Counted from the whole stretch's first letter, positions 14,094-27,151 are shown. The stretch: DNA of 63,576 nucleotides, filler included, from Octopus bimaculoides (GCF_001194135.2; 5 parts of 5 records of this genome joined end to end with filler, not necessarily neighbours in it), one strand, 5' to 3'. Notes: a model not told the origin generated them from the letters alone. Made by a program: numbers and translations.

Positions 14094-16960
14094 GCTTTTG
14101 CACAGCTTCTAACACTGGAGATGTACTGTGGTGTCAGCTGTTCACTACCAGTGAACTAAGGTAACACCTCTTGTTTTTCGAGCACCTTTCGGAGTATTCG
14201 GGCGGTTCCAAGCAGTGCTGTTTTTTGCAAGTGCTCCACCCTTATTGCAGCCCCTATTTGTTCCACGTACTTCTCGAGATTTTTGTTCACTGTTCCGAGG
14301 GCTCTGACAATTATTGGTACTACTGCTACCTTTTTCATCGACCACAACTGCTTAACTTCCCAAGTTAACTTGTCATATCTCTCGACTTTTCTTTCTTCCT
14401 TATTGCATACAGAAGATGTCAGCTGGGCATGCTATATCTATGATCCAGCATAGTTTGTTTTCTTTCTCAATTAAGACTATGTCTGGCTTTCTATTCTCTA
14501 TCTCATGGTCGCACTGAATCATAAAATCCTATAGGATCTTTGTATTTTTATTTTCGACGATGCCTTAGGGCTTATGGTCGTACCAATATTTTGCTGCATA
14601 CTTGCTGCAAAGTGTCTAATAGACAAGCCTGGCTATATTGTCGTAGTGTCTCTTATATTCCTTCTGGGCTAGTGGCGTACATTGGCTGGTAATATGCCAT
14701 ACGGTTTCACCATTTTGTCCACAAATTCTGCACTTATTACTTTCTGATGTGTTGTCTATTCTGTATTTTATGTAGCTTTTTCTTAGTTCTTGCTCTTGGG
14801 CAGCACAGATTAGAGCCTCCGTTTCCGGTTTTAAATCACTTTTAGTTATCCTCAGCAATCTTTTCTCTCTGTCTTATCTTCAACATCCCTATGAAATAGA
14901 CCATGCATTCTTTTCTTTACCCACCTATTTTCAGTTTCTTTCGTTTTCAATTTCTTGTACAGTGCTTTATCTTTGCAATCTTTCATCCTACACAAGCCTG
15001 ACCTTCTTACTTCTAATAATAGTGGTTCTGTGGCATTTTTACATACCATACTATGTTGTTTTCTTCTGCTCTAATACTGTGTTCGCATCCAATAAGTCCT
15101 CTTCCCCCTCTTTTTCTTGGTACATACAGTCTGTCTGTGTCACCTTTTGGGTGGAGTGTCCCATATCTAGTTAGAAATTTCCTTGTCTTTCTGTCTAAGC
15201 TGTTTAGTTCGTCTACTGTCTATGCGAATACCCCTGTTCCATATCTAAGGAGCGAAGCCGCCCAGGTGTTGATAGCTTCAATCTTATTCCGTCCGTTTAA
15301 TTTCGACTTAAGAATCAGTCTCAGTCTGCGCAAGTACTCCACCTTAAATTTTTCTGTCATTTCTTCCTCCGTCACTTTATCCATTTCCAAAATCCCCAAG
15401 TACTTATAGCCCGTCTTTTTTATCTACTTCATAACCTCCCCCGACTGTATCGCTAGCCCGTCCATACATTTGATTTTGCCTCTCTTCAAGACTAACACAC
15501 CACACTTTTTCAGTCCGAACGCCATTCTGATATCAGCACTGATCAACGAGGGAACTGACTTGGGCTTCATCTTTAACATAAAGCTTGAGGTCATCCATGA
15601 ATAACAAATGGTTGACTTTTTGTTGGCGGCTTTTGAATACATACCCAGCTTTTGCTTTCCTCAGAATCAGTGTTAGTGGTATCAAGCACAGTTCAAAGAT
15701 CAGTGGATACAGACAGTCCCCTTGGAAATGCCCCTTCTAATTTCTACTGTCCCTAAACTTCTTCCGTATGCTGTCAGATCTGTCCTCCACTTCGCCATAC
15801 TTTTTCCAAGCAATCGCTCAACATTCGATGCAATACCAAATAGCTTCATACGTTCCATAATCCAAGAATGTGGGATCATATCGTACACCTTACGATAGTC
15901 GATCCATGACATGGCTTCTGCTCATGTGGCAGGACTCCATTTTTTCCAGATGTTCGTACATTGACTCTGCGAGTATTCAAGTCAGTAACTTCCACATAAG
16001 TGGCAAACAGGATATCGGCGTGTAATTGTCTACCGTATTGCCTTTTTCGATGTTTTTCAAGCACACCACTGTCCTGCCCAATGTCAACCACTCTGGTGTT
16101 ACTTGATGGGCATTTAACAAGGTAGTGAGTTGCGCAGCTATTTGGGCATGACATTCACCAAATTTTTTGATCCAGTAGCCTTGAAATCCGTCTGGTCCCG
16201 AGACCTTCCAGTTGCACATTTTTTTGCTGATTTTCTACACTTCTCTAACTGAAATGACATGTTCTGCCTGTTTTGGACAGACTACTGTTTGTTTCAGTTC
16301 TTGCAACCATTCAGCATCCTTCTTGTGCTCCTTGTTTTTGCTCCAGATGTCACTCCAAAACCTTTGACTTTCAATGTTATCTGGTATCAACTTTTCATCT
16401 GTACACTCTCCATTTATTTCTTTATAGAATCTCTTCTGATCTACTCTGAATAACCTATTCTGCTGGTAACCCTTCATTTTTTGGTCGTATCTTACCATCT
16501 TTGCTTTCTTTGCAACGAGGCGCTGTTTCAGTTCCTCCATTACTACTTTCAGACCCTTTCTTTCAATATTATACTTCCTTTTCAGCGCCCCGTATTTTTG
16601 TTCCCTTTCTCTTTTCGGTCTAACACAGAGATTTCCTTCGGGAGCATATCTAACCCTACCTGTATGTCTCTTTTCCACCATGGATCTTTTCTTTTGTCAC
16701 TCCCATTATGTTTCTTTTTCTTGACAGCAATACTTGCTGCCTTGATCGAATTATTTGTTTCTGTGATGTTGTTTGTTCTGATGCATTTCAGAATTTCATT
16801 CACATTTTTCGTTTCTTGGTTTAGTTTCCACCAATCAACTTTTTGAAGTCTGTAAATAATGTCGTTATCGTTCTTCTGTAGTCTTGCCTTTATTCTGTCG
16901 TAGATTGCCTTTTGTTCATCTGTGATGTCACCATTAGTTTTATTGTCTTCTTCTATATTT
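14094..16960 (-). mobile_element. R4/Dong-like RLE retrotransposon, about 2.9 kb, disrupted (fragment B)
   Basis: In order: N-terminal region, KVSGPDG, WIDYRKVYDMIPHSW, LLFMDDLKL, CCHC knuckle CRICGQNGETVWHITSQC, the PDIV..IDIACP nuclease region and LQKTALLGTARILRKVL; 3' end runs into (TAA)n. Confidence 0.9.
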
Positions 16961-17640
16961 GGAGACGACAGGATAGATCTTGTATATCTCAAGGTCCTTG
17001 AGTAGCCAGTTATGTGGGACACTATCAAACGCTTTCTTGTAGTCTATCCATGCCATACTCGGGTTCTTCTTTTTGCTCCGGCAATTCTCTACAATCATTT
17101 TACTTATGAGTAATTGATTTTTGCACCTATAAGAATTCCTTTTGCAGCCTTTGTGAGTTTGTGGAAGGATAGACCTCTGTTCAAGGAAAGCGTATATTCT
17201 CTCAGTTCATATAGATGTGATGATCTTGTAGGTGGTGTTGCGACATGTTACTGGTCGGTAGTTCTTTGGATTCTTTTGTCTTCAGTTTTTGGTAGAAGGT
17301 ATGTTGTTCCTTCGGTTAGCCAGGCAGGTATTTGCTCTGAGTTCTGGAGGACATCAGTCAGAGATGCAGCAAAATTTTGGTGTACTTCTGTCAGACAATT
17401 TAGTCAGAAGTTAAGAATTCGGTCTAGTCCTGGGGTGTTCTATTTGTGAGATTTCCTAAGAACACATCTTAGCTCTTCTATTTCTATTGCTTCTCATTTC
17501 TGCTCTTCAACTTCATCCAGTCTCACTTTCTCACGCTCTCTCCAGCCAGCTTTAGCATTATATTCTTTTTTGTTGCTCCATATCTTCTTCCAGAACTCTT
17601 CCATTTCCACAGTCTTGCTTTTGCAAATTTTCCTATTACA
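16961..17640 (-). mobile_element. RT N-half fragment of a second R4-like family (fragment C), fused to the 5' end of B
   Basis: KNPKNYRPVTC.NTTYKIITSI...GCKRNSY.CKNQLLISKMIVENC...MAWIDYKKAFDSVPHNW; begins right after the (TAA)n array at 17641. Confidence 0.82.
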
Positions 17641-17870
<230 letters not shown>

Positions 17871-18186
17871 GAAGGCGCGTAGCTTAGTGGCTAGGGTATT
17901 CGGTTCACCATCCGTAAGGTCATGAGTTCAATTTCCAGCGGCGCGTTGTATCCTTGAGCAAGACACTTTATTTCGCGTTGTTCCAGTCCACTCGGCTGGA
18001 AAAAATGAGGTGTACCTGTATTTCAATGGGCTAGCTTTGTCACATTCCGTGTCACGCTGAATCTCCCCGAGAACTACGGTACGCATATCTGTAGAGTATT
18101 CAACCACTTGCACGTTAATTTCACGAACAGGCTGTTTCACTCATCGAATCAACTAAACCGTCATCGTCGTAATCCGCAGAGTGCCA
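17871..18186 (+). mobile_element. tRNA-derived SINE, near full length
   Basis: A/B boxes (GCTTAGTGG...GAGTTCAATTTCC), cttgagcaagacact body and ...gtcgtaa tail; same family as 31968-32516, 53649-53950 and 59832-60003. Confidence 0.85.
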
Positions 18187-18221
18187 TCTCTATTATTATT
18201 ATCATTATTATTATTATTATA

Positions 18222-18665
18222 GACGTCGCACAGTATACAATATCCTGAGGTTGTTGATTGAAGATATTGCGTCTACCGAGGATTTGTACTGTTTGTCAAG
18301 TCACAACAAGGACCTCAGACTGACAGTACTTTATGCAATATGTGTGCAGTTCTAAGTAATGCCGACTTTTGCAATACACCTAGATTGTAGGTTATTTCTA
18401 AAGTTTACAGATGTTTCTTTAGATTGGGTGGTATTGAACCCAATACTCCAATGACAATAGGGATAACCTTTGTTTGGCTCAAGTAGCTGCCACATATTAG
18501 CAACCTCAATTCTCAGGTCTCCATATTTATCAATCCTTTCTTTTTCTTTCATGATGATATGTTGATCTCTTGGCACTGCCACGTCAATTATTTGGCACTC
18601 TTGTTTGTCCTTCCTAAAGGGTACTATATCCAGCCTTCGGTGCTCTAATACCTTTTCTGTTTGGA
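18222..18665 (-). mobile_element. R4-like RLE 3' fragment (D)
   Basis: RPDIVP.RKDKQECQIIDVAVPRDQHIIMKEKERIDKYGDLRIEVANMWQL...PIVIGVLGSIPP; 3' end abuts (TAA)n. Confidence 0.8.
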
Positions 18666-18873
18666 AGAAACGTTAGCACGCCGGGCTAGATGCTTAGCAG
18701 TATTTCGTCTGTCTTTACGTTCTGAGTTCAAATTCCGCTGAGGTCGACTTTGCATTTCATCCTTTCGAGGTCGGTAAATCAAGTACCAGTTGCTTACAGG
18801 GGTCGATCTAATCGACTGGCACCCTCCCCNNNNNNNNNNNNNNNNNNNNNNNNNNNNNNNNNNNNNNNNNNNN

Positions 18874-18885
18874 TTAATTAATTAA
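18874..18885. other. Scaffolding linker TTAATTAATTAA inside an N gap (artefact)
   Basis: The identical 12-mer is centred in about 100-nt N blocks at 18874, 38280, 60957 and 62280 and encodes stops in all six frames. Confidence 0.9.
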
Positions 18886-21014
18886 NNNNNNNNNNNNNNN
18901 NNNNNNNNNNNNNNNNNNNNNNNNNNNNNCACACACACACACACATATATATATGTATATACATACACACCCACATACAGACATTCATATATGTCTTTTT
19001 TGTCCCTCAATTACACACACACGTACGCATGCGCAAACACGCACACACACACTCACACGCACACACATATAGTTGTATCATTGTATCGATACCGCTGATC
19101 ACAATGCACTTCCCCGCATTGTTGTAGCTTTCGAAAGCTAACAGGACACCAGTCCATCGGAGAGTGTTTCACTCCAGAACACAACGCACCATCTCGTTCG
19201 GAAATCGAAACTACGACCTTGCGATCACACTCCAGTTGATCACACGCCTTCACATACACGCATACATTTATACATATGTGTGTGTATGTTTGCATGTGTA
19301 TGTGTATGTTTTTTATGTGTGTGTATGTGTAGTATGTGTTATGTGTCTTGCACGAGTCGTGACTCGGAGTTTCTTGTTAACGATCTTCAGGAAAATATGT
19401 ATTCCTGTACGTAAATATATATTTATATAGACACACTCATACACACTCACACACAAACACACGCGCACACATACACACACACATTCAAGCACAAACACAC
19501 ATGTGCACACACGCAAAGAACCACTTACGGTAAACAAAAAAAAATTTTTCAGACAAGGATCAAGAAGATCAGAAATCCAAAGAGGTTTCAATATGTCTTG
19601 TATTGATAACTGTCGATCGAATAGTTATATTTTACAGATCTATTGTTTTCGCAAAGAAATCTCCCAGCTCGCCAATTCCAATAGCTCTTCGAAAACAAAG
19701 GATTTGCAATCTGAAAATGCAGTCAAGTTCTTTGAGAACATTTCTTTGTAATTCAAATTTCCCGAACGAATTTTATTCCTAATAGTTAAAAGGAAAATTT
19801 CCACGAAGTATGAATTCAAATTATTAAGAGAAAGGACTGATAAGAGGAACTAACGGCATTACATGTTAGATGAAAATACGCGCATAAGACTCTGTTTCGT
19901 AATCTTAAAACAACACACACATATACACACAGACACACAGACACACAGACAAGTGTAATAAATGAATATATAGAAATCAATGAGTAAATAAATAGACCAT
20001 TGATTGACTACGTAAAACTATGCAGAAAATAGACTCATAATTAAATCAATAACAATGATAAATTATAATAAATTAAAGAAAATAAACGAATAGATAAATA
20101 ATTGAAACCTGCAATTTATGAATGATACATAGGGAAACACACACACACACACACATACATATATAATATATATATATGCATATATATATCTGTATATGTA
20201 TGTGAGNNNNNNNNNNNNNNNNNNNNNNNNNNNNNNNNNNNNNNNNNNNNNNNNNNNNNNNNNNNNNNNNNNNNNNNNNNNNNNNNNNNNNNNNNNNNNN
20301 NNNNNNNNNNNNNNNNNNNNNNNNNNNNNNNNNNNNNNNNNNNNNNNNNNNNNNNNNNNNNNNNNNNNNNNNNNNNNNNNNNNNNNNNNNNNNNNNNNNN
20401 NNNNNNNNNNNNNNNNNNNNNNNNNNNNNNNNNNNNNNNNNNNNNNNNNNNNNNNNNNNNNNNNNNNNNNNNNNNNNNNNNNNNNNNNNNNNNNNNNNNN
20501 NNNNNNNNNNNNNNNNNNNNNNNNNNNNNNNNNNNNNNNNNNNNNNNNNNNNNNNNNNNNNNNNNNNNNNNNNNNNNNNNNNNNNNNNNNNNNNNNNNNN
20601 NNNNNNNNNNNNNNNNNNNNNNNNNNNNNNNNNNNNNNNNNNNNNNNNNTATATATATTTATATATATGTATGTATATATATGTATATATATCTGTATAT
20701 GTGTGTATGAGTGTGCGTATATATACATATGTATGCGTATATATGTGCGAGTATGCGGGCCTATATGACAGTGCATATACACATTTATATATACGCGTGT
20801 GCGTATAGCTATATCCATAATTTTCTTTCTCTCACTGATTTATGTGTCCCTACTTTCACTTTAGCTACTACAATCTCTAATTTCGTACAAATGCTTACGT
20901 CTCTTTTTAGAAACTTCTTATTCTTCCCTTCCTTTTTGAGGTTTATTACTCACATTTAGTACTCCACATCCGTACCACATTCTTTATCTGTCTTATTTCT
21001 TTACTGCCCACAAG

Positions 21015-21495
21015 GCGCATTTCGCCCGGCGTGCTAACGTTTCTTATTCCTTTATTGCCCACAAGAAGCTAAACATAGAGGGGACAAACAAGGACAGACA
21101 AACGGATTAAGTCGATTATATCGACCCCAGTGCGTAACTGGTACTTATTTAATCGACCTTGAAAGGATGAAAGGCAAAGTCGACCTCGGCGGAATTTCAA
21201 CTCAGAACATAAAGACAGACGAAATACCGCTAAGCATTTCGCCTGACGTGGTAACGTTTCTTATTTCTTTATTGCTCACAAGGGGCTAAACATAGAGGGG
21301 ACAAACAAGGACAGACAAACGGATTAAGTCGATTATATCGACCCCAGTGCATAACTGGTACTTAATTTATTGACCCCGAAAGGATGAAAGGCAAAGTAAA
21401 CCTCGGCGGAATTTGAACTCAGAACGTAGCAGCAGACGAAATACCGTTAAGCATTTCGCCCGGTGTGCTAACGTTTCTGCCAGCACGCCGCCTTA
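21015..21495 (-). mobile_element. Tandem SINE array, about 2.3 units of about 217 bp
   Basis: Near-identical direct units, each truncated at gcatttcgcc(c)ggcgtgctaacgtttc; same family as 6905-7755. Confidence 0.85.
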
Positions 21496-21773
21496 CACAT
21501 TCGTTATCTATCTCTCCACCTTAGTGCCTTTCAAACGTATCACCCCCACCTCCCACTTCTCACACATATTCCTTCCTTACATTCTTATCGCTTCCTTCTA
21601 TCTCTTCTATTCCTTTTATCTACTGATAGCTCTCCTCTCCTCACCTCTCACAATATCTTGACCACTATTTAGCATATGTGTGTACATTTGTGTGTGGGTG
21701 TGAATATGTGTGTGTGTGTGAGTGTGTGTGTGTGTGTATGTGTTGTTGTATGCGTATGTGTAGCGAAACTTAC

Positions 21774-21901
21774 CTTATAACGAGTTATTGGAAAATCTAA
21801 TTCGGCGGGTGGATCCCACTTTACTGTGACGCGCTGTCTGTCGCGGACTGTTGTGTTTTTTGTGACACGAAGATTTCTTGGTGGGTTCGGGTCTCGGATC
21901 T
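21774..21901 (-). CDS. ANOS1: Anosmin-1 homolog, next exon encoding the N-terminal half of the second FN3 domain
   Basis: tttctgattcag|AG acceptor and AAG|gtaagt donor; 128 nt, phase 1 to 0, in frame with the 23278-23404 exon. Encodes (E)IRDPNPPRNLRVTKNTTVRDRQRVTVKWDPPAELDFPITRYK, versus human [44 protein letters not shown]. Confidence 0.88.
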
Positions 21902-22094
21902 CTGAATCAGAAACGAAATAAATAAAATAACACAATAAATAAGTAAATAAATCTTCTCCACTCTAGGCACAGGCCCGACATTTTTGGGGAGGGGGCCAGT
22001 CGATTAGATGGACCCCCCCAGTTAGCAACTAGTACTTAATTTGGTCAAGCTATTTTACAGATCTAAAATAGATAAATAAGAAATGAATATATAG

Positions 22095-22270
22095 GAGCGG
22101 GCATAGACGTGTGGTTAAGTAGCCTACTTCGTAACCAAGAGTTTTCCGGTTCAGTCCCACCACGTGGTATCTTGAGCAAGTATCTCTTACTAACATGTTT
22201 TCTACTATTGCATCGGAAAGTGAAGTTGGCAGACGGAGACTGTGAGGAAGCTCGTCGTCTATATAGGATG
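22095..22270 (+). mobile_element. tRNA-derived SINE of a third family
   Basis: gtggttaagtagc...ggttcagtcccacc...gagcaagt...ggcagacggagactg; related copies at 27348-27412, 40612-40765, 48657-48720, 49330-49415 and 62085-62235. Confidence 0.75.
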
Positions 22271-22899
22271 TGCATATATCTTTTACCTGTTCCAGTCATT
22301 AGAGTGCGGCCATGCTGGGGCACCGCTTTGAAGGTTTTTAGTCGAACCTCTGGACATTTTAAAAACCAAGTAATTATTGAAGCGGTCTCTTTTTTGCCGA
22401 ACAGCTAAGTTACGGGGACATAAACTTACCAATACCGGTTGTGACGCGATGATGAGGAAATAAANNNNNNNNNNNNNNNNNNNNNNNNNNNNNNNNNNNN
22501 NNNNNNNNNNNNNNNNNNNNNNNNNNNNNNNNNNNNNNNNNNNNNNNNNNNNNNNNNNNNNNNNNNNNNNNNNNNNNNNNNNNNNNNNNNNNNNNNNNNN
22601 NNNNNNNNNNNNNNNNNNNNNNNNNNNNNNNNNNNNNNNNNNNNNNNNNNNNNNNNNNNNNNNNNNNNNNNNNNNNNNNNNNNNNNNNNNNNNNNNNNNN
22701 NNNNNNNNNNNNNNNNNNNNNNNNNNNNNNNNNNNNNNNNNNNNNNNNNNNNNNNNNNNNNNNNNNNNNNNNNNNNNNNNNNNNNNNNNNNNNNNNNNNN
22801 NNNNNNNNNNNNNNNNNNNNNNNNNNNNNNNNNNNNNNNNNNNNNNNNNNNNNNNNNNNNNNNNNNNNNNNNNATACATACACAAATGCATGCATATAC

Positions 22900-23070
22900 G
22901 CAGACAACGGGGTTCCGTACAGTTTCCGTCTACCAAATTCACTCAGACGGCATCGGTTGGCCTTGGGTTATAGTAGAAGACACTTGCTCAGAATGTCGCG
23001 CTGTGGGACTGAACCCGAAACCTCATGGTTGCGAAGCTAACTTCTGAACCCCAAAGCCATGGCTAGGCCT
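22900..23070 (-). mobile_element. SINE of the same family, inverted relative to 22095-22270
   Basis: Reverse complement contains gggttcagtcccacagc...tgagcaagtgtcttctactat...tggtagacggaaactg. Confidence 0.75.
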
Positions 23071-23277
23071 ACAGAGTAAATATTATTCACGTGATGCGGG
23101 TGAAAAGAAGCTGTCTGGTGTCACGTGATGATTGACAAGGCAAAAGACTCTGAAGACAAACAAAAAAAAAAAACAAACAAAAAAAAAAACAAAACGAGAA
23201 AGATCAAAGAAAACAAAAATAGATAAAAAAAATAAACAAACGACAAGTAAAAAAAATGGTGTCAAAAATATGTTTAC

Positions 23278-23404
23278 CTAAGGAAGATCTGAATTCTTGA
23301 GATGTGTTTGAAAACCCGAGAGAACCTTGACTTGATACGGCAGCTACAGCATACTGATACGTGTAACCAGCCGATATAGACACATTGGCAATGGGGCGAG
23401 TTGT
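23278..23404 (-). CDS. ANOS1: Anosmin-1 (KAL1) homolog, internal exon encoding the C-terminal half of the first FN3 domain
   Basis: ttacag|ACA acceptor and TTAG|gtaaac donor; 127 nt, phase 0 to 1. Encodes TTRPIANVSISAGYTYQYAVAAVSSQGSLGFSNTSQEFRSSL, which aligns to human anosmin-1 [43 protein letters not shown] (recalled sequence). Confidence 0.88.
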
Positions 23405-23417
23405 CTGTAAAATAATG

Positions 23418-23472
<55 letters not shown>

Positions 23473-23480
23473 TAATAATG

Positions 23481-23550
<70 letters not shown>

Positions 23551-23871
23551 TAACAATAATTTGTCTTGGTATAAAAAGATGGGCTACAGCAAATATTCTG
23601 CTCAATACCACNNNNNNNNNNNNNNNNNNNNNNNNNNNNNNNNNNNNNNNNNNNNNNNNNNNNNNNNNNNNNNNNNNNNNNNNNNNNNNNNNNNNNNNNN
23701 NNNNNNNNNNNNNNNNNNNNNNNNNNNNNNNNNNNNNNNNNNNNNNNNNNNNNNNNNNNNNNNNNNNNNNNNNNNNNNNNNNNNNNNNNNNNNNNNNNNN
23801 NNNNNNNNNNNNNNNNNNNNATATATATATATATACACACACATTAACGCATACATATGGTTGTAATTGTA

Positions 23872-24796
23872 TTGGGTCATTCATTAATAATGCGGTTTTT
23901 TTATACTTCTTTTATTTTCCTAAATTAAGATAAACAAAATTCTTTTTTGATCTAAAATATACTCTCCTTCATTTTCTACAACGCTCTTCCATCTGTCTCG
24001 TAGACTTGCAAGGCCCCTCTTCCAAAATTCACTTGTCCGTAACGAAAAATACTCCTCCAGTTCTATTCTAATCTCGTCTACAGAATTCATATTTTTTCCG
24101 TCCAAATGATTTTGAAGACTGCAGAATAAATGATAATCAGATGGAGCAATGTCCGGCGAATATGATGGGTGAGGCATCGTTTTCCATTCAAACTGCTCCA
24201 GCCTTTGGAATGTCATCTTCGCTGTACGAAGCCGAGCATTATCCTGATGGTAGAACATCTCTCGTTTCGAAACCAAAGACGATCGTTTTTCTTCTAGCGC
24301 TGACTTGAATGACTGGTTGAATGTCCAAATCCAAGCTTCTCTGCTAGTTCCTCAACAGTTACGAAGGGATTTTGTTCCGCCAGGATTTTCAGGATGTCCT
24401 CGTCGAGCTCTACAGATATTCCAGAATGAGGCTCATCTTCTAGGATGCAGTTTCCTGCTCGGAATTTCTAGAACCAACGATGACACTAGCTTACGCTTAT
24501 TGTCCGATCCCCATTTATTGCATTAATATTCCTCGCACTTTCCGTTACGTTGTTGCTTTTATTGAACTCATAAAGCAAAATATGCCGAATATGGTCCTTT
24601 GTCACTTCCATTATAGCTTTGAAAAGATAACTGTTAAAATCGAACTGCACTCTTCAAAACTTGCACTAAAAATAAGCACAAAGTAATATTACTACTTGCT
24701 TTCATAGCAAGTTGATGCTGGTAGTTTATCCCATTCCCCTCCGACTTTTAGATCATGCAGTTGAAAAAAAACCGCATTATTTATGGGATGACCCAA
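23872..24796 (-). mobile_element. Mariner (DD34D) transposon, internally deleted
   Basis: About 30-bp TIRs TTGGGTCAT..A(T)AATAATGCGGTTTTTT with TA flanks (23870-71, 24797-98); N-terminal HTH (MTKDHIRHILLYEFNK...) joined directly to HQDNAR...YSPDIAPSDY; WVPHEL and the first Asp are missing. Confidence 0.92.
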
Positions 24797-24840
24797 TAGT
24801 TCTGTGTCCGTACGTATATGTACGTGCGCATGCGTGCATA

Positions 24841-24892
<52 letters not shown>

Positions 24893-24906
24893 AGAGAGTG
24901 TGTGTG

Positions 24907-24943
<37 letters not shown>

Positions 24944-25373
24944 ATGTTTGTGTGTATATGTGTATAGCTAAGTACATGTAATAATTTCTTTAGAAAATCT
25001 TACTATTGACAAATGTGGAGGAATTTAACCATAAAATCCTCACGGGGGTGAAATTTTTCTTAAGATTTGTAATATCGATGATATTAAATATCGAATTTAG
25101 ATTTNNNNNNNNNNNNNNNNNNNNNNNNNNNNNNNNNNNNNNNNNNNNNNNNNNNNNNNNNNNNNNNNNNNNNNNNNNNNNNNNNNNNNNNNNNNNNNNN
25201 NNNNNNNNNNNNNNNNNNNNNNNNNNNNNNNNNNNNNNNNNNNNNNNNNNNNNNNNNNNNNNNNNNNNNNNNNNNNNNNNGTGTGTGTATGTGTATTATA
25301 TGAAATGTACAGAAATATATTATACACAAAACGCCACCACCAACACCAACACCAACAACAACAATAGCAAGAC

Positions 25374-25424
<51 letters not shown>

Positions 25425-25626
25425 TATCTAGCTACGTACATACTCTCACACAAACACACAGACACATGCATACACACCTATATACACACACACACACACA
25501 CCTATACACACATGAACATTTCAATCAAATCGAAACAAGAAAAAAAAGAATTTAATATACAAACAACCAAAATTAAAAAAGAAAAAAGAAACTCATATAT
25601 AAATATCCGAATAAAATATTACAATA

Positions 25627-25722
<96 letters not shown>

Positions 25723-26019
25723 TCTGTCTGTCTGTATATCCATTTCACACTCTGTTACACTCCCCCCTCTCTCTCTCTGTCCATTCACACACATACACAC
25801 TTCATCGCCCGCTCTCACTCTATCTCTTTCTGTGTGTTTCTGCATGTATCACTCTCTCTCTCTCCCCATCACTCACTCACTCGTTCTGTCTATCCGTCTG
25901 CCTGTGCCTCTCTCTATTTCTCACACGCACTCGTCCTCAATGTCTCTTCCTTTCACCCTGTCGTGCTTCCTCCCCTTCTATCTCTCCACCTCACCTCTCT
26001 TACACATTCTATTACACGT

Positions 26020-26086
<67 letters not shown>

Positions 26087-26192
26087 TTTACACAAACACT
26101 CACTCTCTATTATCTGTCTCTCTCTCCATTCATACACTCTTACTCTCTCCCCGTCATTTTCTACCCTTCTCTCCATTCCACAATTTTTATTC

Positions 26193-26263
<71 letters not shown>

Positions 26264-26969
26264 CTTCTCTTTCACACGCTTTTACACACTTTCCGCCTAT
26301 CTCTCCCCCTCCTTCACACACTCATACACACNNNNNNNNNNNNNNNNNNNNNNNNNNNNNNNNNNNNNNNNNNNNNNNNNNNNNNNNNNNNNNNNNNNNN
26401 NNNNNNNNNNNNNNNNNNNNNNNNNNNNNNNNNNNNNNNNNNNNNNNNNNNNNNNNNNNNNNNNNNNNNNNNNNNNNNNNNNNNNNNNNNNNNNNNNNNN
26501 NNNNNNNNNNNNNNNNNNNNNNNNNNNNNNNNNNNNNNNNNNNNNNNNNNNNNNNNNNNNNNNNNNNNNNNNNNNNNNNNNNNNNNNNNNNNNNNNNNNN
26601 NNNNNNNNNNNNNNNNNNNNNNNNNNNNNNNNNNNNNNNNNNNNNNNNNNNNNNNNNNTATATATATATATATATATTTCTAACCAATTCCAGTCTCCAT
26701 CTATCTTTTGTTCGTTTTATTCTTTAATACTCTAAGCTTTGATTCCTGTCTCTAAACAGTTACCAAATAAAAGTTGCCAAATTTAGAATCCATCATTTCT
26801 TTGTTCGGTTTTGAAATTTTCGCAAATCTTAGACAGGGTCATGCCAAGTTACTAAAGCCACTTGTAGATATGTGGAAGAACTGATTACCAAAAACTAAAA
26901 ATTAGATTCTTGCGGTTTCCTAGATTTCAGTTAGAGACGAAAATAATTGTCTGTGTGTGTATGTGTAGG

Positions 26970-27000
<31 letters not shown>

Positions 27001-27102
27001 ATGTAAACATATATACGCATATATACCTTGATGTATATAATATACATATGCATATGCATAAATACATACACACACATACATATATGTATATATATATATA
27101 TG

Positions 27103-27151
<49 letters not shown>

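Noticed and set aside
18874-18885. Recurrent TTAATTAATTAA palindrome
   Set aside because: Always centred in fixed-size N blocks; assembly linker.
19530-19720. Minus-strand segment with ttttcag acceptor and gtaagt donor
   Set aside because: Stops in all three frames; at most a non-coding exon.
25003-25104. Minus-strand ITNLKKNFTPVRILW ending at a gtaaga donor, as the FN3-1 first half
   Set aside because: Weak similarity in very AT-rich DNA, the 5' side lies in a gap, and it would need another unseen exon; cannot be supported.
25374-26735. 453-aa ORF and the other long ORFs (27535-28680, 28982-30217, 33523-34698 and similar)
   Set aside because: Made of dinucleotide repeats and N gaps; not coding.
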